Assembly: GCA_040754455.1 (NCBI GenBank)
Contig: JBFMCP010000002.1
Span: forward strand, 128,001-192,000
Source: Nitrospirota bacterium
GTDB taxonomy: Bacteria; Nitrospirota; Thermodesulfovibrionia; Thermodesulfovibrionales; Dissulfurispiraceae
Direction of reading: 5' to 3'
Length of the DNA: 64,000 nt
The number at the start of each line of letters is the position of its first letter. The first letter of the stretch is position 1. Shown here piece by piece: positions 10,484 through 21,287 of this stretch. A program made the position numbers and the translations under genes. The notes beneath the pieces are model-generated. The model was not told the DNA's origin. It was given only the letters and a program-made list of their open reading frames with translations, and did no database searches.

Positions 10484-10592
10484 AACCACTTATGTGCGAT
10501 AGTTTATAATGTACGGCGGGTAAGTTAGACTTGCCGGTCATACATTATAAACTACCTAACCGCGATGAACTCGCAATAAAGGAGGAAGCAGT

Positions 10593-11852
10593 ATGTCAGA
10601 ACAAAATACCAAACAGACCAATCGCATATTAGTGATTGGCGGCGGCTTCAGCGGTCTGACCACGGCAGTCGATGCAGCGGAGACGGGCGCCGAAGTGATC
10701 GTGATAGAAAAGAACCCTTATCTGGGCGGACGGGTTGCGCAGCTCAATAAATATTTCCCGAAGCTCTGTCCTCCGATCTGCGGGCTCGAGCTGAACTTCA
10801 GAAGACTTAAGACCAACCCGCTGATCAGTTTCTACACTATGGCTGAAGTAGAGAGCGTATCCGGCGGCCCTGGCGATTACACGGTGACGGTGAAGCTCAA
10901 TCCCCGCTATGTCAACGATAATTGTGTGGCCTGTAATGCCTGCGCAGAGGCATGCCCGGCCGAACGTCCGAACGAGTATAACTTTGGCATGGACACCACC
11001 AAGGCTGCATACCTTCCTTTCAACCAGGCATTCCCCCAGAAGTATGTGATTGACGGTGCTTACTGCAAGGGAGACTGTGGGAAGGCTTGTGAGGCAGCTT
11101 GTAAATACAACGCCATCGACTTAGGTATGAAGCCTGAAACCATGAATATCAAGGTGAATTCCATCGTGACCGCAACAGGCTGGAATCCATACGACGCGAA
11201 CAAGCTTGATATCCTCGGCTTCGGCACTGTGAAAAATGTGATTACCAACATGATGATGGAGCGGCTCGCTTCCCCGACCGGACCGACGGGCGGCAAGATC
11301 GTACGGCCTTCCGACGGAAAACCGGTACAGAATATCGTGTTCGTGCAGTGCGCAGGGAGCAGGGATGAGAACCATCTCCCCTTCTGTTCCTATATATGCT
11401 GCCTGGCCTCTCTGAAGCAGACAACCTATATAAGAGAGCAGAATCCTGAATCAAAGGCCCGCATCTTCTATATTGACATCAGGACCCCCGGCAAATACGA
11501 AAAGTTCTTCTGGAAGGTAAAGGACGACCCGAATGTCACCCTCACCAAAGGAAAGGTCGCCAAGATCACCCAGGCAGAAGGCTCTGATGACGTGGTCGTC
11601 GAGGCGGAAGACATGCAGACCGGCGACAAGATCAAGGTCCGGGCCGATCTGGTCGTTCTCGCTACTGGCATGGAGCCTGCGGGGGCACGCAAGCAGATCG
11701 GCGGATTGACTTATACGGACGAAGGCTTTTCAGTATCGACGCAGGGGGTTCACGCTGCTGGATGTTGCAAAAACCCCATGGATGTTGCCAGGTCGGCACA
11801 GGATGCGACGAGTGCGGTGCTGAAGGCAATCAATACAGGACAGGGGAGGTAA
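10593..11852 (+). CDS. qmoA: QmoA (HdrA-like flavoprotein)
   Basis: GGGFSG FAD loop, KYFPKLCPPIC, FVQCAGSRD..LPFCSYICC; follows aprA. Confidence 0.95.
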   Translation: MSEQNTKQTNRILVIGGGFSGLTTAVDAAETGAEVIVIEKNPYLGGRVAQLNKYFPKLCPPICGLELNFRRLKTNPLISFYTMAEVESVSGGPGDYTVTVKLNPRYVNDNCVACNACAEACPAERPNEYNFGMDTTKAAYLPFNQAFPQKYVIDGAYCKGDCGKACEAACKYNAIDLGMKPETMNIKVNSIVTATGWNPYDANKLDILGFGTVKNVITNMMMERLASPTGPTGGKIVRPSDGKPVQNIVFVQCAGSRDENHLPFCSYICCLASLKQTTYIREQNPESKARIFYIDIRTPGKYEKFFWKVKDDPNVTLTKGKVAKITQAEGSDDVVVEAEDMQTGDKIKVRADLVVLATGMEPAGARKQIGGLTYTDEGFSVSTQGVHAAGCCKNPMDVARSAQDATSAVLKAINTGQGR

Positions 11853-11859
11853 CTAAACA

Positions 11860-14001
11860 ATGGATAAAAATATTGGATTATATATATGCACCGGCTGCTC
11901 CATCGGAGAGGCCGTCGATGTAGAGAAGTGCAGCAATATCGCGAAGAATGCCTTACGGCTTCCGGTGGTCAAGTCCCACTTTGCGCTCTGCGGCAAAGAG
12001 GGTCTCGATCTCATCAATAATGATATCAAGAACGAGGGCGTGAACACCGTCGTTATCGCCGCCTGCTCACCGAGAGTGAAATACGAGGAATTCGACTTTC
12101 CGGGCTGCATCGTCGAGCGCGCCCCGATCAGGGAGCTCGCGGTCTGGTCTCAGGAGCCGGAGCAGGCGCAGCTCGCTGCAGAAGACTATATCAAGATGTC
12201 GGTCATCAAGGCGCAGAAGGGAGATCTTCCCGAGCCGTATCTTATGGAGACCGATAAAACCATTCTTGTTATCGGCGGCGGTATCACCGGAATGACGTCG
12301 GCGCTCAAGGCGGCTGACGCCGGCTACAAGGTCGTGCTTGTCGAAAAAGAGGCCCAGCTCGGCGGCTTCTTGAATAAACTGTACAAGAAGGTGCCGACTG
12401 CAGCAGGTGAGTACAAACGGCCGCTCATCGTCGATGTCGACATCGCGCCGACTATAAAGGCGGTAGAGAGCCATCCAAATATCAAGGTCTATAAATCGGC
12501 AAAGGTCGAAAAGACCGACGGCCAGCCCGGCGCCTACGATGTCACCATTTCATCAAACGGGAGTTCAGAGGTGGTGAAGATCGGCTCGATCGTCCTGGCG
12601 GCGGGATGGAGGCCTTATGATGCGGCAAAGCTCGGGCACCTCGGCTACGGTGTATCGAAAGATGTTGTCACCAATATAGAGTTTGAGGAGATAGCCAGGA
12701 AAGGAAGGATCACGAGGCCCTCGGACGGCAAAGAGGCGAAGAGAGTCGCCTTCATCCAGTGCGCAGGGCAAAGGGATCCGAACCACCTGCCGTACTGCTC
12801 GGCAATGTGCTGCACTACTTCTTTGAAGCAGGCGCAGTATGTGCGGCAGAATCCCGATGCCACGGCAATGATTCTCTATAAAGATATCAGGACCCCGGGC
12901 AATCTTGAGTTCTACTATAAGGCAGCGCAGAATGATCCCGGCGTCATGCTCACCAAGGGCGATGTGACTGCCGTCACCGATGCCGGAAACGGCAATCTCC
13001 ATATTGAGATGGAAAACAGCCTGCTCGGTCCTAAGGTGAAACTCGAGGCTGACCTGGTCGTCCTCGCCACCGGCGTTGTCCCCGCGACCGTGGATGATCC
13101 GATACTGAATCTTCAATACCGTCAGGGACCGGGCCTGCCTGACCTCGATCTTTACGACGGATTCGCTGATTCCAACTTCATCTGTTTCCAATACGAGACC
13201 AGAAGGACCGGCGTCTACGCCGCAGGCTGCGTACGCCAGCCCATGAACATGGCTGAGGCGCAGGAAGACGCCACCGGCGCTGCGCTCAAGGCCATCCAGT
13301 CAGTCGAGCATGTGGCGAAGGGCATTGCGGTGCATCCGAGGGCATGGGATATGACCTATCCCGATCCCTTCATGCAGAGATGTACTGCGTGTAAGAGATG
13401 CACCGAGGAGTGTCCTTTCGGCGCTATCGATGAGGACGAGAAGGGAACACCGTTCTACAAGCCGGGCCGCTGTCGGCGGTGTGCGACCTGTATGGGCGCA
13501 TGTCCAGAAAGAATCGTCTCCTTCAAGGACTACCATGTGGATATGATCGGCTCCATGCTGAAGAACGTTTCGGTCCCTTCTGACGACGATAAACCGAGAA
13601 TCATCGTGCTCGCCTGTGAGAATGACGCTTACCCGGCGATCGACACCGCAGCCTTTAAGCGCGAAAAGATCGATACGGCGGTAAGAATCATACAGCTCAG
13701 ATGTCTGGGCTCGACCAACCTCGTCTGGATCGCCGACGCGCTCTCGAGAGGTGTTGACGGCATGCTGCTCCTCGGCTGCAAGTTCGGCGAGAACTATCAG
13801 TGCCACTTCGCCAAAGGCAGCGAGCTTGCGAACTACCGGCTCGGCAAGGTCCAGGAGACGCTCGGCAGACTGCAGCTTGAGTCGGAGAGGGTCCAGATGG
13901 TCCAGCTCGCGATCGACGAGTATGACAACATATCAAAGATCATCAGCGACTTTGTAGAACGAGTAAAAGAAATAGGCCCCAATCCGTTCAAGGGCTTCTA
14001 G
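11860..14001 (+). CDS. qmoB: QmoB (HdrA-like domain, ferredoxin, MvhD domain)
   Basis: FIQCAGQRD..LPYCSAMCC, two 4Fe-4S motifs, C-terminal MvhD-like ACENDAY/RCLGS/GCKFG...CHF. Confidence 0.95.
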   Translation: MDKNIGLYICTGCSIGEAVDVEKCSNIAKNALRLPVVKSHFALCGKEGLDLINNDIKNEGVNTVVIAACSPRVKYEEFDFPGCIVERAPIRELAVWSQEPEQAQLAAEDYIKMSVIKAQKGDLPEPYLMETDKTILVIGGGITGMTSALKAADAGYKVVLVEKEAQLGGFLNKLYKKVPTAAGEYKRPLIVDVDIAPTIKAVESHPNIKVYKSAKVEKTDGQPGAYDVTISSNGSSEVVKIGSIVLAAGWRPYDAAKLGHLGYGVSKDVVTNIEFEEIARKGRITRPSDGKEAKRVAFIQCAGQRDPNHLPYCSAMCCTTSLKQAQYVRQNPDATAMILYKDIRTPGNLEFYYKAAQNDPGVMLTKGDVTAVTDAGNGNLHIEMENSLLGPKVKLEADLVVLATGVVPATVDDPILNLQYRQGPGLPDLDLYDGFADSNFICFQYETRRTGVYAAGCVRQPMNMAEAQEDATGAALKAIQSVEHVAKGIAVHPRAWDMTYPDPFMQRCTACKRCTEECPFGAIDEDEKGTPFYKPGRCRRCATCMGACPERIVSFKDYHVDMIGSMLKNVSVPSDDDKPRIIVLACENDAYPAIDTAAFKREKIDTAVRIIQLRCLGSTNLVWIADALSRGVDGMLLLGCKFGENYQCHFAKGSELANYRLGKVQETLGRLQLESERVQMVQLAIDEYDNISKIISDFVERVKEIGPNPFKGF

Positions 14002-14013
14002 GAGGAAAGATAT

Positions 14014-15129
14014 ATGTCAGAACAGGTAATAAAGCCGGATTTAAATTTCGTCAAGGACATTATCGCTTCTGGCGGGGAATCGCTCAAGAAGTGCTATCAG
14101 TGCTCGACCTGCACCGTGGTGTGTAATGTCACCCCTGACAGCAAGCCGTTCCCGAGAAAAGAGATGATGTATGCGCAATGGGGACTGAAGGACAAACTCC
14201 TGAGCAACCCCGATGTGTGGCTCTGCCACCAGTGCAGCGACTGCACCGCCTACTGTCCGAGAGGGGCGAAGCCGGGTGAGGTGCTCGGTGCGATAAGAAA
14301 GATGACGATCAGAGAGAACTCTGCACCGGGCTTCCTTGCAACAATGGTCGGCGATCCCAAATTCCTGCTCGTCTTGCTCGCCGTGCCCGTGCTCATTTTC
14401 CTGGGCATCATTACTAAACTGGGGACGATCTCCGAGGTCCCGCGGGGCGAGCATGGCGGCATTGTCTATGCCAACTTCATTCCGGTCCCTTATGTTGATG
14501 CGGTCTTTATCGCTGCTGCCTCGTTTGCCGCAATTTCTTTTGCACTTGGGATAATGAAGTACTGGAAAGCAATGAGCGGTGGTGCGTCGATACAGGGTAA
14601 TCTGGTGGAGAGCATAAAGGCGACCATAGGGGAAATCCTCTCGCACAAACGCTTCGAGAAATGCAACGTTACCAGGGACAGGTCGGTGGCGCACATGCTC
14701 GTCTTTTACGCCTTTGTCGGTCTCGCCATAACCACGACCTGGGCTATTGTGTACCTCTATGGTTTCCATTGGGAATCTCCCTATCCTCTCTACGACCCGA
14801 TGAAGCTCCTCGGCAATGCGAGCGCCCTTGCCCTGCTGACGGGTATCGCCATGGTCACCTCCAACCGTCTGAAGAACGCTGAAAAGGCAGGCAAGGGGAG
14901 CTACTTCGACTGGCTCTTCATCATGGTGATCTTCGCGATCGTGCTTACCGGATTAGGCTCCGAGCTGTTCAGGCTCGCCGATATCCCCGTGCTTGCATAT
15001 CCGACCTACTTTACGCACCTTGTGTTCGTATTCTTCCTCTTTGCGTACGCACCGTTCTCCAAGATGGCGCATATGGTTTACAGAACAACAGCGATGGTTT
15101 TTGCACGTCACACCCAAAGGGAGGGCTAA
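14014..15129 (+). CDS. qmoC: QmoC (HdrC-like Fe-S domain fused to heme b membrane domain)
   Basis: CYQCSTCTVVC and CHQCSDCTAYCP, multiple TM helices, conserved His (AHML, THLV, KMAH). Confidence 0.95.
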   Translation: MSEQVIKPDLNFVKDIIASGGESLKKCYQCSTCTVVCNVTPDSKPFPRKEMMYAQWGLKDKLLSNPDVWLCHQCSDCTAYCPRGAKPGEVLGAIRKMTIRENSAPGFLATMVGDPKFLLVLLAVPVLIFLGIITKLGTISEVPRGEHGGIVYANFIPVPYVDAVFIAAASFAAISFALGIMKYWKAMSGGASIQGNLVESIKATIGEILSHKRFEKCNVTRDRSVAHMLVFYAFVGLAITTTWAIVYLYGFHWESPYPLYDPMKLLGNASALALLTGIAMVTSNRLKNAEKAGKGSYFDWLFIMVIFAIVLTGLGSELFRLADIPVLAYPTYFTHLVFVFFLFAYAPFSKMAHMVYRTTAMVFARHTQREG

Positions 15130-15133
15130 TGCC

Positions 15134-15559
15134 ATGAAGGTCAAGGATGTACTGAAGGACAAAGGGCTCGAGGTGATTGCCATTGACAGCAGCGCAACCG
15201 TTGATTCGGCGATTAGAAAGATGGTCGAGAGGAACATAGGCGCTCTCCTTATTATGGAGGACGGAAAGCTCGTCGGCATGTTTACCGAGCGCGACGTGCT
15301 CAAGGGCCTGGCCGATCACGGCTCGATCAATAAGCTTGCGGTAAAGGATGTCATGATCAAGAATATCTGCGTTGTCGAGCCCGATGACGACCTCGAATAC
15401 GTCATGACGATTATGACCAAAAAGAGAATACGCCACCTTCCGGTCATTGAGCAGGGCAAGATGGTCGGACTGATCTCAATACGTGACGCCGTCAAATACC
15501 ATGTCGGGAACCTCGAAGCAGAGGTCCGTTATCTCAAAGATTACATGTTCAGTTCCTAG
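15134..15559 (+). CDS. Stand-alone CBS-pair protein
   Basis: MKVKDVL...IGALLI...GMFTERD...IRHLPV...GLISIRD; ATG 4 nt after the qmoC stop. Confidence 0.9.
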   Translation: MKVKDVLKDKGLEVIAIDSSATVDSAIRKMVERNIGALLIMEDGKLVGMFTERDVLKGLADHGSINKLAVKDVMIKNICVVEPDDDLEYVMTIMTKKRIRHLPVIEQGKMVGLISIRDAVKYHVGNLEAEVRYLKDYMFSS

Positions 15560-15585
15560 TACATTCCTTTAACTGAGGTAAGTGG

Positions 15586-15613
15586 AGCGCCTCTCTTCTC
15601 CGGGAGAGGCGCT
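15586..15613 (+). terminator. Stem-loop after the CBS gene
   Basis: AGCGCCTCTC-N8-GAGAGGCGCT; weak U tract. Confidence 0.5.
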
Positions 15614-15767
15614 TAAGTAAACACTGTGGCAAGGGAGGTGATCCAGGGGCAAGGTTGAGGCGTAGGCAGTTGATCGAAGTTGAAAGTTAAGAGGCTTTTA
15701 TCTGTGTGGGATGGTTTTTTGATAACGGAGAGGTCGTAGAAATTATATTATAAGGAGGAGAGAGTAG

Positions 15768-17834
15768 ATGAGTCCAATAATTCTCTTTGCCCTTGCGTGC
15801 GGTGGTCTGGGGGTGCTTTACGCCCTCTATACCGCAGCGTGGGTATCCAAGCAGGACGCTGGAACTCAGCGTATGCAGCAGATCTCTAATGCAGTAAAAG
15901 AGGGAGCAACTGCGTTTCTTGCCCGTGAGTACAAGACCGTTGCCATAGTGGCGATCGTTCTTTTCATCGTGATCTTTGCGCTCCTCGGTTCGTGGACGGC
16001 AATAGGCTTTTTGATCGGAACCGTCGGTTCTGCCCTTGCAGGATACATCGGCATGATGGTGACCGTCCGTGCAAATGTGCGTACAACCCAGGCTGCATCG
16101 AAGGGACTCCAGAACGCGCTCACCCTTTCCTTTAAGGGCGGCTCGGTGACCGGCCTTATGGTGGTCGGCCTCGGTATTCTCGGCATCGCGGGCTACTTTG
16201 CGGCGGCCAAAAGCATGGCTGGTGAGGAGGCATTCCATGCCCTCGTCGGTCTCGGTTTCGGCTGCTCTCTCATGTCTGTTTTTGCACGTATCGCCGGCGG
16301 TATTTACACCAAAGCGGCTGACGTCGGCGCAGACCTCGTCGGCAAGGTTGAGGCAGGCATTCCTGAAGACGACCCGAGAAACCCTGCTGTTATTGCCGAC
16401 AACGTTGGTGACAACGTCGGCGACTGCGCAGGAATGGCAGCAGACCTGTATGAAACCTACACGGTTACACTGGTTGCCGCGATGCTGCTGGCAAAGTCGG
16501 TGTTCGGCGCTGAAAGCCCGTGGGTCGAGTTCCCGCTCCTGCTGGGCGGCGTCTCGATTATCGCATCGGTTATCGGTACCTTTTTTGTCAAGCTCGGCGC
16601 GAAGCAGTACATTATGGGTGCGCTGTATAAAGGCCTCGCGGTCTCCGGTGTACTTGCCGCGATCGCATTCTATGGAGTAACACAGTGGTTTATGGGACAG
16701 CTCGGCGGCGATACGGGTGGATTCACTCCAATGAGCGTCTTCGGCACGGCCGTCATCGGCCTTGCCCTGACTGGCCTTATCGTCTGGATTACGGAATACT
16801 ATACTGCCAAGGAGTACAGACCCGTGAAGACGATCGCCAAGGCGAGCCTCACCGGCCATGGCACGAACGTTATTGCAGGTCTTGCGATGAGCATGGAGGC
16901 GACCGCGCTCCCGGCACTCGTGATCGTCGGTGCGATACTCGGCGCCTACTATCTGGGAGGAGGCTTCAGTGACAACGTCGGCGGAGGCCTTTTTGCGATC
17001 GCTCTTTCCGCTGTTTCGATGCTCTCGATGACCGGTATTGTCGTGGCTATCGACTCCTACGGTCCTATTACCGACAACGCAGGCGGTATCGCTGAGATGG
17101 CTGAGCTCCCCTCCGCTGTCAGAGATGTCACTGACCCGCTCGATGCAGTCGGCAACACCACTAAGGCCGTTACCAAGGGCTATGCTATCGGCTCTGCCGG
17201 TCTCGCAGCGCTGGTTCTCTTTGCGGAGTACTCTCGAGAGCTTGTGAAAAAAATGGGCGGCGTTACCTTCGATCTCTCCGACCCCTATGTCATCGCCGGC
17301 CTCTTTATCGGCGGTCTTATTCCGTACTACTTCGGCGGCAGGCTCATGCTTGCGGTCGGTAAGGCTGCGGGAGGCGTCGTACAGGAGGTCCGCAGACAGT
17401 TCCGCGAGATCAAGGGAATCATGGAAGGCACCGGCAAGCCGGAATACGGTAAGTGCGTTGATATCGTCACCAAGTCTGCCATCAGGGAGATGATGGTGCC
17501 TGCCCTCATTCCTGTCGCAGCTCCTATTCTTGTCGGTTTTGTCCTTGGGCCTAAGGCGCTCGGCGGCGTGCTTATCGGAAGCATTCTGACCGGCCTTTTC
17601 CAGGCGATCGCCATGACCAGCGGCGGCGGCGCCTGGGACAACGCCAAGAAATCCTTTGAGGATGGCGTTACTGATGAGAAGGGCGTCATGCATAAGAAGG
17701 GAAGCGATGGACACAAAGCCTCTGTTACCGGTGATACCGTCGGCGACCCCTACAAGGACACCGCAGGTCCGGCGATCAACCCGATGATCAAGGTCATCAA
17801 CATCGTGGCCCTGCTGATCGTTCCGTTACTATAG
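15768..17834 (+). CDS. hppA: Membrane pyrophosphatase, K+-independent H+-translocating type
   Basis: [33 protein letters not shown] (Lys marks the K+-independent type). Confidence 0.96.
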   Translation: MSPIILFALACGGLGVLYALYTAAWVSKQDAGTQRMQQISNAVKEGATAFLAREYKTVAIVAIVLFIVIFALLGSWTAIGFLIGTVGSALAGYIGMMVTVRANVRTTQAASKGLQNALTLSFKGGSVTGLMVVGLGILGIAGYFAAAKSMAGEEAFHALVGLGFGCSLMSVFARIAGGIYTKAADVGADLVGKVEAGIPEDDPRNPAVIADNVGDNVGDCAGMAADLYETYTVTLVAAMLLAKSVFGAESPWVEFPLLLGGVSIIASVIGTFFVKLGAKQYIMGALYKGLAVSGVLAAIAFYGVTQWFMGQLGGDTGGFTPMSVFGTAVIGLALTGLIVWITEYYTAKEYRPVKTIAKASLTGHGTNVIAGLAMSMEATALPALVIVGAILGAYYLGGGFSDNVGGGLFAIALSAVSMLSMTGIVVAIDSYGPITDNAGGIAEMAELPSAVRDVTDPLDAVGNTTKAVTKGYAIGSAGLAALVLFAEYSRELVKKMGGVTFDLSDPYVIAGLFIGGLIPYYFGGRLMLAVGKAAGGVVQEVRRQFREIKGIMEGTGKPEYGKCVDIVTKSAIREMMVPALIPVAAPILVGFVLGPKALGGVLIGSILTGLFQAIAMTSGGGAWDNAKKSFEDGVTDEKGVMHKKGSDGHKASVTGDTVGDPYKDTAGPAINPMIKVINIVALLIVPLL

Positions 17835-17844
17835 TAGTTGGTAT

Positions 17845-17889
17845 AAAGGCAAAAGGCTGGCAGGGTATCTTGCCGGCCTTTTGTCTTTT
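17845..17889 (+). terminator. Rho-independent terminator
   Basis: AAAGGCAAAAGGCTGGCAGG...CTTGCCGGCCTTTTGTCTTTT. Confidence 0.75.
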
Positions 17890-18066
17890 CCGGTAAGAGT
17901 AGATATTCCTTTGTTCTCGGCTACTCGACCTCTGTAAGCTGCACCGGTTGGCAAAGGGTATTTGATTTCATAAAGATTTCCGCTACACCGCCCTCAAGAT
18001 TGATCTTGCCAAAGCACTTTTATATTTAGTAAAATATAGTTTAATTCTAAAGCAGGAGGTTGTGCC

Positions 18067-18267
18067 GTGAAAGAGGGTATTCATCCGAAATATAAAGAGG
18101 CGAAGGTCGTTTGCGCATGCGGCGAGTCGTTTACCACGAGATCAACGCAGGATGTCATCCGTGTCGATATCTGTTCGAAGTGCCACCCCTTCTTCACCGG
18201 TAAGCAGAAGCTGGTAGACGCAGAGGGAAGGGTTGAGAAATTCAGGAAGAAATACGCAAAGAAATAG
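18067..18267 (+). CDS. rpmE: 50S ribosomal protein L31 (zinc-binding form)
   Basis: [26 protein letters not shown]. Confidence 0.98.
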   Translation: MKEGIHPKYKEAKVVCACGESFTTRSTQDVIRVDICSKCHPFFTGKQKLVDAEGRVEKFRKKYAKK

Positions 18268-18346
18268 CGTACCATAGATCAGGGTTAGCAGCGTTGGCAG
18301 TATATCGCTCTAACCCTTTTTTATTGAATAAAAGGGCTGGTAACGA

Positions 18347-19240
18347 ATGAAGAATATAGGTGGCCAGGCGGTTATCGAAGGGGTCATGATGAAGGCCCCC
18401 GGCGGGTGGAGCGTTGCGGTCAGGGGACCTCGGGGGGATATCGCGCTTAAAACCGTCCGGACGAAAGCCCCTGCTGGATTTTTGAAGCTGCCCCTTGTCA
18501 GAGGGGTGATTGCCCTTGGGCAGGCCCTCTCTATCGGGATCAAGGCAATCGAGTTCTCCGGCGCTATTGCCTATCAGGAGGAGAAGGGCGAGAAGCCCCT
18601 CAGTCCGCTGAGCATGGGGCTATCAATCGGCACGGCGATCCTTCTTGCCGCTGCATTGTTTGTTGTCCTCCCGCTCTTTTTGACAAAACTGACGGCTAAT
18701 GTCGTACAGAGTGTTTCGACCAACTCGCTGCTCTTCAACCTCGTCGACGGCGTGATCCGGGTTGCCGTATTCCTGCTCTATGTCTTTAGCATCGGCCTCT
18801 GGAAGGAAATGAGAAGAATTTACGAATACCACGGTGCCGAGCACAAGGTCATTTATGCCTATGAGGCCGGCGAGGAGCTCACTGTCGAGAATGCGAAAAA
18901 GTACAAGCCGTATCATCCCCGCTGCGGGACGAGCTTCCTTCTGATCGTCATGGTGATAAGTATCCTCGTATTTTCATTTATTCCGCAATCATGGTCGTTT
19001 CTTGCAAAGGCACTTTCCCGGCTTGTCTTGATACCCGCCATAGCAGGCATCTCTTACGAAATACTGAGGCTCTCGGCACGGCTGAAGGATAATCCGATCA
19101 TGGGAGTGATGGTGCTTCCCGGTCTGCTGCTGCAGCGGCTGACGGTACGAGAGCCCGATAACGCGCAGATCGAGGTGGCGCTCACCGCCATGAGTGAAGT
19201 CTTGAAATTGGAGTCCGGAGAGGGTTGCAGGCAATGTTAG
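18347..19240 (+). CDS. DUF1385 membrane protein
   Basis: [26 protein letters not shown]; usual rpmE-DUF1385-prfA-prmC context. Confidence 0.92.
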   Translation: MKNIGGQAVIEGVMMKAPGGWSVAVRGPRGDIALKTVRTKAPAGFLKLPLVRGVIALGQALSIGIKAIEFSGAIAYQEEKGEKPLSPLSMGLSIGTAILLAAALFVVLPLFLTKLTANVVQSVSTNSLLFNLVDGVIRVAVFLLYVFSIGLWKEMRRIYEYHGAEHKVIYAYEAGEELTVENAKKYKPYHPRCGTSFLLIVMVISILVFSFIPQSWSFLAKALSRLVLIPAIAGISYEILRLSARLKDNPIMGVMVLPGLLLQRLTVREPDNAQIEVALTAMSEVLKLESGEGCRQC

Positions 19241-20295
19241 AGAAGTTGTTGGCAATAGAGGAAAAGTACGACGAGATCACCAATGCGTTGGCGAATCCTG
19301 ATGTGCTCTCCAATGCGCAGGCCTACCAGAAGTATTCGAGAGAGCAGGCAGAGCTGATGCCGATCGTCGAAAAGATCAAGGAGTATAAAAAGCTGCTTTT
19401 GGATATGGAAGGCGCTGAGGAGCTGATCAGGAGCGGGGACGGCGACTTCAGGGAGCTTGCGCAGGAAGAGCTCGATGAGCTGAAGAAAAGAAAGCCGCTT
19501 CTCGAAGAAGAGCTCAAGATCATGCTGCTGCCGAAGGACCCGCGCGACGAAAGGAACGTCATCCTCGAGATCAGGGCAGGCACCGGAGGGGAGGAGGCTG
19601 CACTCTTCGGGGCGAGTCTCTTCAGGATGTACTCAAAATATGCGGAAGCGCACCGATGGAAGATCGAGGTGATCGACTCGAATCCGACCGGGCTCGGCGG
19701 GTTGAAAGAGATCATCGCCAGTATCACCGGGAAAGGTGCCTACAGCAGGTTGAAATACGAAAGCGGCGTGCACCGCGTGCAGCGTGTTCCTGTTACTGAA
19801 GCATCGGGACGAATTCATACCTCGGCTGCCACCGTGGCGGTCCTTCCCGAGGCAGAAGAGGTGGATATCAAAGTGGAGGAGAAGGATCTGAGAATCGACA
19901 CCTTCTGCTCTTCGGGTGCCGGCGGCCAGAGCGTCAATACGACCTACTCCGCGGTGAGGATCACGCATATACCGACAGGCCTGGTCGTGCAGTGCCAGGA
20001 CGAGCGCTCCCAGCTGAAGAACCGTGAGAAGGCCATGAAGGTGCTCCGCTCGCGACTTCTGGAGCTGGAGATCGAAAAGAAGGAGAAAGAGCGTGCTGCG
20101 GACAGGAAGACGCAGGTTGGTTCCGGTGACCGGAGCGAGCGGATAAGGACCTACAACTATCCCCAGAACCGTGTTACCGACCATAGGATAGGACTCACCC
20201 TCCATAAGCTGGAACAGGTCCTGGAAGGTGATCTGGATGATATCATCGATGGGCTGATCACCCACTACCAGGCCGAGCGGCTCAAAGAACTGTAA
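19234..20295 (+). CDS. prfA: Peptide chain release factor 1
   Basis: PVT tripeptide, [23 protein letters not shown]. Confidence 0.98.
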   Translation: MLEKLLAIEEKYDEITNALANPDVLSNAQAYQKYSREQAELMPIVEKIKEYKKLLLDMEGAEELIRSGDGDFRELAQEELDELKKRKPLLEEELKIMLLPKDPRDERNVILEIRAGTGGEEAALFGASLFRMYSKYAEAHRWKIEVIDSNPTGLGGLKEIIASITGKGAYSRLKYESGVHRVQRVPVTEASGRIHTSAATVAVLPEAEEVDIKVEEKDLRIDTFCSSGAGGQSVNTTYSAVRITHIPTGLVVQCQDERSQLKNREKAMKVLRSRLLELEIEKKEKERAADRKTQVGSGDRSERIRTYNYPQNRVTDHRIGLTLHKLEQVLEGDLDDIIDGLITHYQAERLKEL

Positions 20296-20429
20296 GACGT
20301 CGCAAATTCCAAATACGAAGCACTAAATCCTCAACAATATCAAAATTCAAATGATCAAATAATTCTGGTTTTGGACATTGGAGTTTCGTAATTGTTTAGA
20401 ATTTAGATATTAGAATTTAGAGTTTACCC

Positions 20430-21281
20430 ATGAATGCCCTTCAGAAAATGAGACATATCTCGGCCATCCTTGAAAAGAACGGGATTGAGGATGCAGCGGC
20501 GGAAGCGGAAATGCTCCTGGCTGAGGCGCTCCATATCAGCAAGGCGCGGCTGTATGCCGATACACCGGATATCCCTGAAGGCGCCGCTGTGCTGATCGAC
20601 GACTGTGTTTCTCGGCGAGTTCGGGGAGAGCCGCTTCAGTACATCATCGGTTATGTCGAATTTTTTGGATTGAGAATCAATGTGGGCAGAGGCGCTCTTA
20701 TTCCGAGGCCCGAAACAGAGCTGCTCGTCGAGGAAGCGATAAAACTCCTGAAGCGATTCACGATTCACGATTCACGGCTCACGGTTCTTGATTTGTGTAC
20801 CGGCAGCGGATGCATCGCCCTTGCCCTTGCACAGCATTTCCCCGATGCCGATGTGTATGGGGTCGACCAGTCTGAAGCAGCGTTGGTGTACGCGACGCAA
20901 AATGCACTCGAGAATAATATCAGGAACGTTCATTTCAAACTGGGCGACCTCTTTGAGCCTGTCCGCTCCCTGCACGTTGATTGCATTGTTTCCAATCCCC
21001 CCTATATCAGAAGAGATGAGATAACAACGCTGCAGCGTGAGGTAAAGGAGTATGAGCCGCTTGAAGCCCTCGACGGAGGTCCGGACGGGCTCGACTTCTA
21101 CCGGAGAATACTTGGGCAAGCACCCAAGCACCTTAGGAAAAATGGCATAATTATACTTGAGATGGGATTTGGTCAGGCACGAGATATCGAAGCGATAGCA
21201 ATAAAAGCGGGAATGGGCGATATCGAAATAATAAGAGACTATGCGGGAATCGAGAGAATATTTGTGGGAAGACGCCTGTAA
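20430..21281 (+). CDS. prmC: Release factor glutamine methyltransferase
   Basis: GEPLQYI, LIPRPETE, DLCTGSG, SNPPY. Confidence 0.96.
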   Translation: MNALQKMRHISAILEKNGIEDAAAEAEMLLAEALHISKARLYADTPDIPEGAAVLIDDCVSRRVRGEPLQYIIGYVEFFGLRINVGRGALIPRPETELLVEEAIKLLKRFTIHDSRLTVLDLCTGSGCIALALAQHFPDADVYGVDQSEAALVYATQNALENNIRNVHFKLGDLFEPVRSLHVDCIVSNPPYIRRDEITTLQREVKEYEPLEALDGGPDGLDFYRRILGQAPKHLRKNGIIILEMGFGQARDIEAIAIKAGMGDIEIIRDYAGIERIFVGRRL

Positions 21282-21287
21282 GGAGAG

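Noticed and set aside
15687..17714. Long antisense ORFs (675 aa here; also 31212-32936, 61720-62796 and others)
   Set aside because: Shadow frames of well-supported genes on the opposite strand, with no recognizable motifs.
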